A DNA stretch of 64,000 nucleotides from Paracoccaceae bacterium (GTDB taxonomy: Bacteria; Pseudomonadota; Alphaproteobacteria; Rhodobacterales; Rhodobacteraceae): assembly GCA_037190175.1 (NCBI GenBank), contig JBBCJM010000004.1, positions 3,164 through 67,163 on the forward strand, written 5' to 3'. Position numbers and translations under genes: made by a program. The notes under the pieces are model-generated. The model had not been told where the DNA came from. It worked only from the letters and a program-made list of their open reading frames with translations, and made no database searches. Shown piece after piece: positions 45,634 through 54,393 of this stretch. Position 1 is the first letter of the stretch. Every line of letters begins with the position of its first letter.

Positions 45634-47688
45634 TCAGAAGATGTCCATCCAGCGCGCGCGGGTCAGCGAGGGGAACATCCCGCCCAGCACGCTGTCCGGC
45701 CAGACCAGGCGAAGCCCCACATGCAGCACCAGGTAGGTGAGCGCGAAGAAGCCCAGGCTGTAGGCCAGCGGCGCGAGCCAGCCGGTCCTGCCCTCGATCT
45801 TGATGAAGGCGAAGATGAAGATCGCCATGGCCAGCATGAAGCCCACGAGCCAGGCGCTGACCAGGAACAGCGCCAGAAGCCCGACCAGCGTCGCCGAGCG
45901 GATCGCCAGGTCGCGGCGGCTGACGCCCGCCACGTCCTCGTTGCCGATGTCCATGCCGCCCGCGCCGGTATCGGCCTGGGCGAAGACATGGCGGCCCAGC
46001 AGATGCATGATCAGGAACACCAGCCCGGCGATGCCGATGGCCGTCGGATAGTAGCGCGCATAGTAGGGCCAGCCCGAGGAGGACACGAGGACCCACACGA
46101 AGAAGGCCAGCAGCAGGGCCAGGAAGATCGTGTTGGCCTCCATCCGGGGCAGCTGGGGCTGGAAGGCGAAGCCCTTGCGCGTGCCGTCCTCGTCGCGCGC
46201 GCGCAGGATCCGGACCAGGTGGCGGATCAGCGGGTTCAGCACGAAGAACAGCGCCATCAGCAGCAGCACCACGACGATGGGCCGGCTGAGCCAGTCCATC
46301 CCGTAGCGGGTGACGCTGATGAAGGCATAGCGTTCGGCAATGGCGCCCAGCACGAACCCCAGGATCAGCGGCGGCCGCGGCCAGCCCAGGAGCTTCATGA
46401 CCAGCCCGATCAGGCCGAACAGGAACAGCAGGCCCAGGTCCTCCCAGCTGTTGCTGGCCTGGAAAGCGCCGACGAAGACCAGCGACAGCACGATCGGCGC
46501 CAGGATATGCACCGGCACCAGCGCCATCCGGGCCAGATAGCCCGCGAAGAGGAAACAGATCGTCGCGCCCAGGATGTTGGCGACCGCGACCGACCAGACC
46601 ATCGTGTAGGTCAGGTCCAGGTTCTTGCTCAGCATGTCCGGCCCGGGATTGATCCCGTGGATCACGAAGGCGCCCAGCAGGATGGCCATCGAGGCGCCGC
46701 CGGGGATGCCGAAGGCGATGGTGGGCACCAGCGCGCCGCCCGCATTGGCGTTGTTGGCGGATTCCGGCGCAATCACGCCGCGCACGTCGCCCTTGCCGAA
46801 GGTCTCGGCCGCGCCCTTCTCGGTCGACCGGGCATGGGCATAGGTGATCCAGTCGATGACCGCCGAGCCGACGCCCGGCATGGCGCCCAGCACCGCGCCA
46901 ATGCCCGAGCAGCGCAGGACCAGGAACCAGTTCCTGAACGTGGCCCTGATCCAGGCGACCTGCGCCATGGGGCTGGTGTCCTGGAAGGTCCGGGCGATCT
47001 TGACCCGGCCGAGGACCAGCGTGGCGATCTCGGGGATGGCGAACAGCCCCAGCGCCACCACGACGATCGACATGCCGTCATAGAGGTAGATCGAGCCGAA
47101 GGTCCATCGCAGCGTCGCGGTCTGGCTGTCCTCGCCGATCGTGCTCATCCACAGCCCCACGCAGGCCATGATCAGCCCCTTCATCGGCGAGGTGCCGGAC
47201 AGGACCGAGACCAGCGACAGGCCCATCACGATGACCGCCAACAGTTCCGGCGTGGCGAGCGACAGCATGAGCGGGCGCAGCACGGGCACCGAGATGCCCA
47301 GCACCAGCGCGCCGAACAGCCCGCCGATGAGCGAGGCCGAGAAGGCGGCGCCCAGCGCCTCGGGCGCCCGGCCCTGGCGGGCCATGGGGTAGCCATCGAC
47401 GATGGTCGCCTGCGCCGCCACGGTGCCCGGCACCCCGAACATGACCGAGGGGATGGTGTCCGACGTCGCGGTGACCGACAGCAGCCCCAGCAGCATGGCC
47501 AGGGCGCTGGTGGTGTCCATGTCGTAGGTGAAGGGCAGGAGCATGGTCAGGCCCATCAGCCCCCCCAGCCCCGGCACCACGCCCAGCACCAGCCCGAGCA
47601 GCACGCCCGCGAAGAGATAGACCAGCCGCTCCAGCATGAACAGCTGCATGCCGGCTGACAGGGCGACCGAGAACACGTCCGTTTCCAT
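45634..47688 (-). CDS. Tripartite tricarboxylate transporter (TTT) large permease TctA fused to a C-terminal TctB-like four-TM module
   Basis: 684 aa from ATG 47688 (the track uses the TTG at 47691). TctA-like body (GVVPGLGG..., PGVGSAV..., GIPGGA). After residue ~515 there are four further TM helices, as in the small TctB subunit. Confidence 0.85.
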   Translation of the reverse strand: METDVFSVALSAGMQLFMLERLVYLFAGVLLGLVLGVVPGLGGLMGLTMLLPFTYDMDTTSALAMLLGLLSVTATSDTIPSVMFGVPGTVAAQATIVDGYPMARQGRAPEALGAAFSASLIGGLFGALVLGISVPVLRPLMLSLATPELLAVIVMGLSLVSVLSGTSPMKGLIMACVGLWMSTIGEDSQTATLRWTFGSIYLYDGMSIVVVALGLFAIPEIATLVLGRVKIARTFQDTSPMAQVAWIRATFRNWFLVLRCSGIGAVLGAMPGVGSAVIDWITYAHARSTEKGAAETFGKGDVRGVIAPESANNANAGGALVPTIAFGIPGGASMAILLGAFVIHGINPGPDMLSKNLDLTYTMVWSVAVANILGATICFLFAGYLARMALVPVHILAPIVLSLVFVGAFQASNSWEDLGLLFLFGLIGLVMKLLGWPRPPLILGFVLGAIAERYAFISVTRYGMDWLSRPIVVVLLLMALFFVLNPLIRHLVRILRARDEDGTRKGFAFQPQLPRMEANTIFLALLLAFFVWVLVSSSGWPYYARYYPTAIGIAGLVFLIMHLLGRHVFAQADTGAGGMDIGNEDVAGVSRRDLAIRSATLVGLLALFLVSAWLVGFMLAMAIFIFAFIKIEGRTGWLAPLAYSLGFFALTYLVLHVGLRLVWPDSVLGGMFPSLTRARWMDIF

Positions 47689-48129
47689 CAAGGTCCTGCC
47701 TCTGAGGATTTTGTCTTTGGCGTGGCCGCCTCGCGCGCGCCCGAAAGCCGCCCCCGCGCCGCGGAGGGGGCCGGAGAGGCCCCGGGGCGCTATCGCCGCA
47801 CGGCCGCGGCCCGTCGGTGGTCAGGCGCCTTCGCAGCCTGCCCGAGTTCGGGCGGCATCGCCAGCCTTCCGGCGTCGAAGGCCGGGCGCGGCGGCGCCCT
47901 GCCGGCGGCGCGGCCGCCGGTCCCTCGCGGGACGGGCATCCCGGTCATCCACCCGGCCCGGTCGCCGCCGGCGGTCCCGAAGCGGGCCGCTGCCGGCCGA
48001 AGCGCCCCGCAAGCGGTGCTCTGCGTTCCATGCGTTTCCTCCCGTCACGATGCAGTTGCGGTTGTCCCCGACTGCAAGGCCCGGCACCCCGTCGGCCATT
48101 GGGCGCCGGGCCCGTCCCCTTCCCGCGCC

Positions 48130-49182
48130 CTAGTTCTGTACCGCGGCGACCAGCTCGAAGTAGAGCGTCCTCGCCGCATCGACCAGTTCGACCGGCGTCG
48201 CCAGGATCGCCCGGATCTGGGCGTCCATCTCCTCGCCGGTGCGCGGGGAAAGGGGCAGTCCGCGGCCCTGGATCTCGGCCAGGAACTCGGGGTCCTGCAT
48301 CGTGGCGTCGAAGGCGGCGCGCAGCGCCTCGATCCGCTCGTCGGGCACGCCCTCGGGGGCGATCAGCGACAGCCCGATCACGCCCTGCGACTTGTAGATG
48401 TCGAAGAACGCCCGGTCGACGGGCTCCTTGACGAACTCGCCCAGGGCGGGGACGTCCGGGTGCGAGGGGTGCCGTTCCTCGGTGATCGAGACCAGCGGGA
48501 TGATCTCGCCCGCGTCGCGCTTGGCCGCCCACAGGATGTTGACGTTGGTCCAGGTCGGGGTCATCGCGTCGCTTTCGCCCTGCTCCATCGCCAGCATCAG
48601 GCCCGAGGTGCCGTCATAGCCCAGCACGACGCGCATCTGCGTGCCCGTCAGGTGGTTGATGAGCATGGGCGAGATCGCGAAATGGTCGCGCGGGCCCTGC
48701 GAGCCGGCGATCAGCGGCTTGCCGATGGCCTCCTCCAGCGTCGGGACGCCGGCCTTGTTCGAGACGATCAGCACGTTCGAGACATCCGTCAGCCGGCCGA
48801 TCCAGTTGAAGGACTCGACCTTGAAGCGGGCCGCCTCGTGCCCGAAGAGCTCGAAGATGATCAGTTCCCAGGACGGCAGCGACAGGACGGTGCCGTCCTT
48901 GGCCGCGGAATCGGCCATGAAGTTCAGGTTGCGGGTGCCGCCGGCGCCCTCCAGCGGCACCACGTTGATGTTCGGGTTGCCGGGGATGTGCTTGCCCATG
49001 TGCCGCGACAGGATCGTGGCATAGGTGCCATAGGTCCCCGCGATGGTGCCGCCGATGTGAAAGGTCACGTCGCGGCCGCGATAGAAGTCCTCGATCGAGG
49101 ACTGCGCCGCGGCGGGCAACCCCCCCATGACGAGGCCGGCCCCCGCAAGCGCGAGGCTTGCGAGAAATGTTCTGCGTGTCAT
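48130..49182 (-). CDS. Periplasmic substrate-binding protein, TctC/Bug-like (TTT family), with twin-arginine signal
   Basis: MTRRTFLASLALAGAGLVMGGLPAAAQ (T-R-R-x-F-L). About 350 aa PBP-like protein. Assigned to TTT mainly by adjacency to tctA and general layout. SD GGAGGAG. Confidence 0.6.
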   Translation of the reverse strand: MTRRTFLASLALAGAGLVMGGLPAAAQSSIEDFYRGRDVTFHIGGTIAGTYGTYATILSRHMGKHIPGNPNINVVPLEGAGGTRNLNFMADSAAKDGTVLSLPSWELIIFELFGHEAARFKVESFNWIGRLTDVSNVLIVSNKAGVPTLEEAIGKPLIAGSQGPRDHFAISPMLINHLTGTQMRVVLGYDGTSGLMLAMEQGESDAMTPTWTNVNILWAAKRDAGEIIPLVSITEERHPSHPDVPALGEFVKEPVDRAFFDIYKSQGVIGLSLIAPEGVPDERIEALRAAFDATMQDPEFLAEIQGRGLPLSPRTGEEMDAQIRAILATPVELVDAARTLYFELVAAVQN

Positions 49183-49276
49183 CAGGTCTCCTCCCCTTGC
49201 AGTCCCGGCTGGCCAGAGCTACCAGTTTCCTTGGGCTAGCGGTGTCCCTGTGCGTCCGGGCGGCGTTATGCAATCC

Positions 49277-49344
49277 GATGGAAACACCGGCCCCAGAGGC
49301 GATCAATCGCGCAGATCCGCGTCGGCGATAGGTTGAATCTATCG
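49277..49344 (+). promoter_or_regulatory. Conserved non-coding block (copy 2) with LysR-type box CGATAG-N7-CTATCG
   Basis: Same orientation as copy 1. Lies upstream of tctC-like (start 49182, minus) and ligM-like (start 49564, plus). See finding. Confidence 0.55.
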
Positions 49345-49563
49345 ACCCCCCGGGGCCAGGGCGCGCGATCCCCTTCGGTTCCTCGTGCTGCAACCGCCGC
49401 GGCGGGGGGGACGCCTGCCCGCCCGCCCTGATCGCGCCAGACTGCGGCGATGCGGGTCGCCCCCGTGTTATGATCGCATTGAAGGGTGTTATCCCGATTC
49501 AGCATAGGACGCGCCCGCGACCGGATGTCAGGCTGCCCCCGCCAAGGGAGGAGAGCCAGGACC

Positions 49564-50940
49564 ATGACGCAGCCGCGGTCGCTTGAGGACAAGATCAACC
49601 AGGTCGGAAACCCGTCGCTGATGCTGCAGAATGCCGGCGGCGGGCAGTACGTGTTTCCCATCCAGCCCCAGTTCACCAACTGGATCGAGGAGGTCAGGGC
49701 GTGGCGGAACAGCGCGGTCCTGCTGGATCAGTCCTACCACATGACCGACCTTTACATCCGCGGAAAGGATGTCGTCCGGCTGCTGAGCCATGTGGGCATC
49801 AACAGCTTCGCCGGCTTCGGCAGGAACAAGGCCAAGCAGCTGGTCTGCTGCAACCATGACGGCTATGTCATCGGCGACGTGATCGTGTTCGGCCTCGAGG
49901 ACGACGAGGCGCTGCTGGTGGGCCGGCCCCCCGTCTCGCACTGGGTCAAGTTCCAGGCCGAGACCGGCGGCTTCGATGTGGAGACCGAGCTCGACCTGCG
50001 CAGCCTCGAGACCACGGGCAGGCCGCGCAGGCTCTATCGCTTCGAGGTGCAGGGGCCACGGGCCATGGAGATCCTGGAGGCCGTCAACGAGGGCGGCCCG
50101 CTGACCACGCGGTTCTTCGCGATGGGAGAGATCCGCATCGCCGGCTGCACCGCCCGGACGCTGTGCCACGGCATGGGCGGGGCCAAGGGGCTGGAGATCT
50201 GGGGCCCCTACGAGGAAGGCGCCCGGGTGCGCGAGGCGCTGCTGGAGGCCGGCCGCGGCCACGGGATGCTGCGGGCCGGCGCGCGGGCCTATTCCACCGC
50301 GGCGATGGAATCGGGCTGGATCCCCTCGCCCCTGCCGGCGATCTATTCCGGCGAGGCGATGCGCCCCTATCGCGAATGGCTGCCGGCGGACGGGTTCGAG
50401 GCCACCTGCTCGGTCGGCGGCAGCTTCCAGCCCGAGGACGTCGGCGCCTATTACCTGACGCCCTGGGACCTGGACTATGGCCGGCTGGTCAGGTTCGACC
50501 ACGACTTCATCGGCCGCGCGGCGCTGGAACGCATGGCCACGCAGCCGCACCGCAGGAAGGTGACGCTGGTCTGGGACCGGCAGGGCATCCTCGACATCTT
50601 CGGGGGGATGATGGACGACTATCCCGCGCCCAAGCTGATGGAGCTTCCCTCGGGCCACTATGCCACCCATCCCTATGACCAGGTGCTGCTGGACGGCGAG
50701 CTGGTCGGGCTGTCCACCTATCCTGTCTATTCGGCGAACGAGCGGGCATGGATCTCGCTGGCGATGGTGCGCGAGGATCTGTCGGCGCAGGGCACGGCGC
50801 TTTCCATCCTGTGGGGCGAGGCCGGCGGTGGCAGCGCCAAGCCGCATGTCGAGCGCCACCGCCAGATCCAGGTCGGCGCCACGGTCTATCCCTGGCCGAT
50901 CCACGAGGTCGCCAGGCGCGAATACCGTCGCCAGACCTGA
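49564..50940 (+). CDS. Aminomethyltransferase (GcvT)-fold protein resembling tetrahydrofolate-dependent aromatic O-demethylases (LigM/DesA type)
   Basis: ATG at 49564 after GGGAGGAG. 458 aa. WRNSAVLLDQSYHMTDLYIRGKD, GLEIWGPYEEG, ESGWIPSPLPAIYSGE and YREWLPA match my recollection of LigM-type demethylases. Longer than GcvT/DmdA. Confidence 0.65.
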   Translation: MTQPRSLEDKINQVGNPSLMLQNAGGGQYVFPIQPQFTNWIEEVRAWRNSAVLLDQSYHMTDLYIRGKDVVRLLSHVGINSFAGFGRNKAKQLVCCNHDGYVIGDVIVFGLEDDEALLVGRPPVSHWVKFQAETGGFDVETELDLRSLETTGRPRRLYRFEVQGPRAMEILEAVNEGGPLTTRFFAMGEIRIAGCTARTLCHGMGGAKGLEIWGPYEEGARVREALLEAGRGHGMLRAGARAYSTAAMESGWIPSPLPAIYSGEAMRPYREWLPADGFEATCSVGGSFQPEDVGAYYLTPWDLDYGRLVRFDHDFIGRAALERMATQPHRRKVTLVWDRQGILDIFGGMMDDYPAPKLMELPSGHYATHPYDQVLLDGELVGLSTYPVYSANERAWISLAMVREDLSAQGTALSILWGEAGGGSAKPHVERHRQIQVGATVYPWPIHEVARREYRRQT

Positions 50941-50951
50941 CACCCCCGGCC

Positions 50952-52151
50952 TCAGGCCCGGGCCAGGCAGTTGCGCAGCGCCTGCTCGAATGCCGCCACG
51001 ATATCGGGCGATCCGCCGGTGGTGCGGAAGGTCAGCCCGATCTCGGTGCGGGCATCCGGCAGGTCGAGGTCCAGCCTCCTCAGCCCTTCGGGCAGGGCGG
51101 CGAGCCTTTCGTCGCTGTAGGTCAGCAGGGCGATGGAATCGCTGTAGAGGATCAGTTCCTCGGCATGGCGGAAGGACAGGATCTCGCAGGTCTGGGTGGG
51201 GGGAACCGCGCCGACCGTGCGGAACAGCCCCTCGAAGAAGGCCCGCACCGGCGTTCCGTGCGGCGCGACGATCCACCGCTCCCGCGCCAGGTCCGCAATC
51301 GAGAGCCCTTCGCGGTGGCAGGGATGGCCGCTTCGCGCCACCAGCGCGAACCTTTCGCTGTAGAGATGGGTCTCGGACAGATCGGCAAAGGGCGCCGGGT
51401 TGCGCAGCAGCCCGACGATGCAGTCGATCTCGCCCGACCGCAGCGCCTGGACCAACATGCTGTAGCTTCCCGGAACGGCCGCGAGGCGCAGGTCGGGATG
51501 GGCCTTGGTCAGTTCGCCGAACGCCCTGGCCACCAGATCCTGCCCCGAGAACGGCATCATCCCCACGGCAAGGCGGCCGACGAGCCCCTGTCCCTGCGCC
51601 GTCCCGGCCAGCGGCAGGTCCGAAAGCTCCCGGGCGAGCGCCTCGCGCAGCGCCGACAGCCTGAAGGCCGGCGGGCCGGGGTCCAGCCCGCGCGGCTTGC
51701 GCGCGAACAGATCCTGGCCGCAACAGCGCGCGACCGCGGCGATGGCCCGGCTGACGGCGGGCTGCGTGATCCCCAGCTCCAGCGCAGCGCTGCTGGCATT
51801 CCCGTGCCTGACCACCGCGGCGACTGCATCCAGCTGGTGCAGCGACAGGAAGGCGCCCAGATTGGGCCTGGTCCCGGAAAGCGCCGCGATGTCCTCCTCG
51901 GCCGCCGCGATCAGGCGCTGCACGTTCAGGCACCGGCGCAGCACCGCCTCGCCCCGCGCCGTGGGCTCCGCACCCCCCCAGCCGCGCTGGAACAGCGGGG
52001 CGCCCAGGCTGGTCTCCGCCGCCGCGACGGCGCGCGAGACCACGGGCTGGGTGGTGTTGAGCGCCTGCGCGGCCTGCGCGAACCCCCGGCAGCGCGCGAC
52101 GGCCTCGATGGCCCGGACCTGCTTCAGCGAAAGGGGGGGATGCCGCTGCAT
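50952..52151 (-). CDS. LysR family transcriptional regulator with duplicated N-terminal wHTH domain
   Basis: 399 aa. HTH-1 at residues ~7-60 (LSLKQVRAIEAVARCRGFAQAAQALNTTQPVVSRAVAAAETSLGAPLFQR). HTH-2 at residues ~102-152 (LSLHQLDAVAAVVRHGNASSAALELGITQPAVSRAIAAVARCCGQDLFAR). A single LysR effector domain follows. Confidence 0.85.
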   Translation of the reverse strand: MQRHPPLSLKQVRAIEAVARCRGFAQAAQALNTTQPVVSRAVAAAETSLGAPLFQRGWGGAEPTARGEAVLRRCLNVQRLIAAAEEDIAALSGTRPNLGAFLSLHQLDAVAAVVRHGNASSAALELGITQPAVSRAIAAVARCCGQDLFARKPRGLDPGPPAFRLSALREALARELSDLPLAGTAQGQGLVGRLAVGMMPFSGQDLVARAFGELTKAHPDLRLAAVPGSYSMLVQALRSGEIDCIVGLLRNPAPFADLSETHLYSERFALVARSGHPCHREGLSIADLARERWIVAPHGTPVRAFFEGLFRTVGAVPPTQTCEILSFRHAEELILYSDSIALLTYSDERLAALPEGLRRLDLDLPDARTEIGLTFRTTGGSPDIVAAFEQALRNCLARA

Positions 52152-52207
52152 GGCTCATGCTACGCGGGCGCGCGGCGCCCTACAACTCGGGCTCCGCCGG
52201 GCCGGGG

Positions 52208-52933
52208 TCAGCCGCCGCCGGCCAGTTGCCGCAGCCGGTCGCGGCTGCCGCCGAGGTGGACCCTGACCGCGGCACGGGCCGCGTCGGGGTCGCGGGCGCG
52301 CACCGCGTCGGCGATGGCCTGGTGCTCGTCGCAGAGCTTGCGGATATAGCCGCCGTCGTGCGGCGCCTCGTTCACCCCGGCCTTGCGCGGGATGATGTAC
52401 TGGCCGAGAAAGGTGATCATCCGCGGAAAATGGACGTTCTGCGTCGCCTCGGCGATGGCGAGGTGAAAGCTGAAATCCTCCTCGGCTGCGTTGCCGCCGG
52501 TGTCGGCGGCGGCCACGAAGGCGGCCATGGCGGCGGCGATGCGGTCCAGCTGCCCCGGCGTGGCGCGCTGGGCCGCCAGCGCCGCGCCCTCCAGCTCGAT
52601 CGCCAGCCGCAACTCGGTCAGTTCCGCCAGCGAGGAGACGCTGCCCTGGTCCGGCTGGAAGCGCAGCGGCTGCACCAGCGCGTCGGTGGCGACGAAGGCG
52701 CCCAGCCCCTGCCGCGTGGTCACGAAGCCCTCGGCGCGCAGCTGGGCCACGGCCTCGCGCACCACGGTGCGGCTGACCTTCATCGCCTCGATCAGCTCCT
52801 TCTCGGTGGGAAGCTGGTCGCCCGGCCCCAGCCGGCCCGCGAGGATGTCGGCGCGCAGGACGCCGGACACTTCCTCCACCAGCGTCGGCAGCCGGGCGAT
52901 GGGACGCATGTCCTGCGAACCGAATTTGTTCAT
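52208..52933 (-). CDS. GntR family transcriptional regulator (FadR/FCD subfamily)
   Basis: Internal ATG at 52933. LPTEKELIEAMKVSRTVVREAVAQLRAEGFV plus a C-terminal FCD-like helical domain. Confidence 0.9.
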   Translation of the reverse strand: MNKFGSQDMRPIARLPTLVEEVSGVLRADILAGRLGPGDQLPTEKELIEAMKVSRTVVREAVAQLRAEGFVTTRQGLGAFVATDALVQPLRFQPDQGSVSSLAELTELRLAIELEGAALAAQRATPGQLDRIAAAMAAFVAAADTGGNAAEEDFSFHLAIAEATQNVHFPRMITFLGQYIIPRKAGVNEAPHDGGYIRKLCDEHQAIADAVRARDPDAARAAVRVHLGGSRDRLRQLAGGG

Positions 52934-53031
52934 CGGCCGATCCTTATGGCTTGTATTCCCACCCTGCCGACCCACTCCTAGCATCCGGCGGAGCCGCCGC
53001 GACACGTCATGAGAGGGACGCTGCGAAAACC

Positions 53032-54393
53032 ATGTCCAGCCTCGCACCACATCGGGCGAACCGCCACCGCGAGGTGTTGCAGGTCGCCATTCCGGTGACG
53101 CTTGCGACCCTTTCGACACCGCTGGTCGGCCTGGTGGACACCGCGGTGGTGGCCCGGATCGGCGATCCCGCGGCGCTGGGGGGCGTGGCGGTGGCGGGCG
53201 TCATCGCCAATGTGGTGATCTATGCCTTCAACTTCCTGCGCACCTCGACCACCGGCCTGGTGGCCCAGGCCATCGGCCGCGGCGACGGGGCCGAGCAGGT
53301 GGCGGCCAGCCTGCGGGCGCTTTCGGTCGCGCTGGGGGCCGGGTTGCTGGCCGTGCTGTTCCGCCGGCCGTTGCAGGAGGCCGGGCTGGCGCTGATGGAG
53401 GTGGAGCCCGCGGTGGCAGGGGCCGCGCGCGACTATCTCTCCACCCGGGCGCTGTCGCTGCCGATGATGCTTGTGAACTTCGCCGTGCTCGGCAGCCTGC
53501 TGGGAGAGCGGCGGGTGCGCGCGGCGCTGCTGCTGCAGCTGTTCCTGAACATCACCAACATGGGCCTGGCCATCGCCTTCGTGCACGGGCTCGGCTGGGG
53601 GGTCGCCGGGGCCGGCACCGCCACCGCGCTGGCCGAGACGGCGACCGCCGCGGCCGGCTGCCTGCTGTTGTGGCGCAGGGCGCGCGGCCGGCTGGCCCCG
53701 GCGCTGGCGGTCTATGGCAAGGCCGAGCGGTTCCGCGCGCTGTTCCGCATCGGCGCCGACATCCTGATCCGCTCGATGTGCATCCTGGGCGCCATCGCGC
53801 TCTTCACCCGGATCGGGGCGGGGCTGGGCACCGGGGTGCTGGCGGCCAACGTGGTGCTGATGAACCTGTTCTACCTCTCCGGCGCCTTCCTGGACGGGCT
53901 GGCGACCGCGGCGCAGCAGATGTCGGGCCGCGCCTACGGGGCCGGCGATCGGCGGGCCTTCCTGGCCAATGCCCGGTTGCTCATGGGATGGGGCCTTGCC
54001 ATCGGCGCGGCGGTCTCGGCGGCCTATTTCGCGGCCGGCAACGGCTTCATCGCCGCGATGACGCCCGACCCCGAGATCGCCAGGCTGGCGCGGCGCTATT
54101 TCCCGCTGACCGCGCTGATCCCGCTGGTCGGCAGCCTGACCTTCGTGCTGGACGGGGTGTACATCGGCGCGACCTGGACCGCGCAGGCCCGCAACATCAT
54201 GCTGGCGGCGGTGGCGATCTTTGCGGTGGCGGGCGAGGTGCTGGCCGCCACCTTGGGCAATGCCGGGCTGTGGCTGGCGCTGCTGCTGTTCCTGGCCATA
54301 CGCGGGCTGGCGCAGCTGGCCTGGCTCGGCCGCCTGGCGGGCAGCGACCGGGCCTTCCCCGGGCATCACGCCGGGGAGCGCGGGGCCCTGTAG
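53032..54393 (+). CDS. MATE family efflux transporter (DinF-like)
   Basis: ATG at 53032. REVLQVAIPVTLATLSTPLVGLVDTAVV..., 12 TM segments, about 453 aa. Confidence 0.9.
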   Translation: MSSLAPHRANRHREVLQVAIPVTLATLSTPLVGLVDTAVVARIGDPAALGGVAVAGVIANVVIYAFNFLRTSTTGLVAQAIGRGDGAEQVAASLRALSVALGAGLLAVLFRRPLQEAGLALMEVEPAVAGAARDYLSTRALSLPMMLVNFAVLGSLLGERRVRAALLLQLFLNITNMGLAIAFVHGLGWGVAGAGTATALAETATAAAGCLLLWRRARGRLAPALAVYGKAERFRALFRIGADILIRSMCILGAIALFTRIGAGLGTGVLAANVVLMNLFYLSGAFLDGLATAAQQMSGRAYGAGDRRAFLANARLLMGWGLAIGAAVSAAYFAAGNGFIAAMTPDPEIARLARRYFPLTALIPLVGSLTFVLDGVYIGATWTAQARNIMLAAVAIFAVAGEVLAATLGNAGLWLALLLFLAIRGLAQLAWLGRLAGSDRAFPGHHAGERGAL

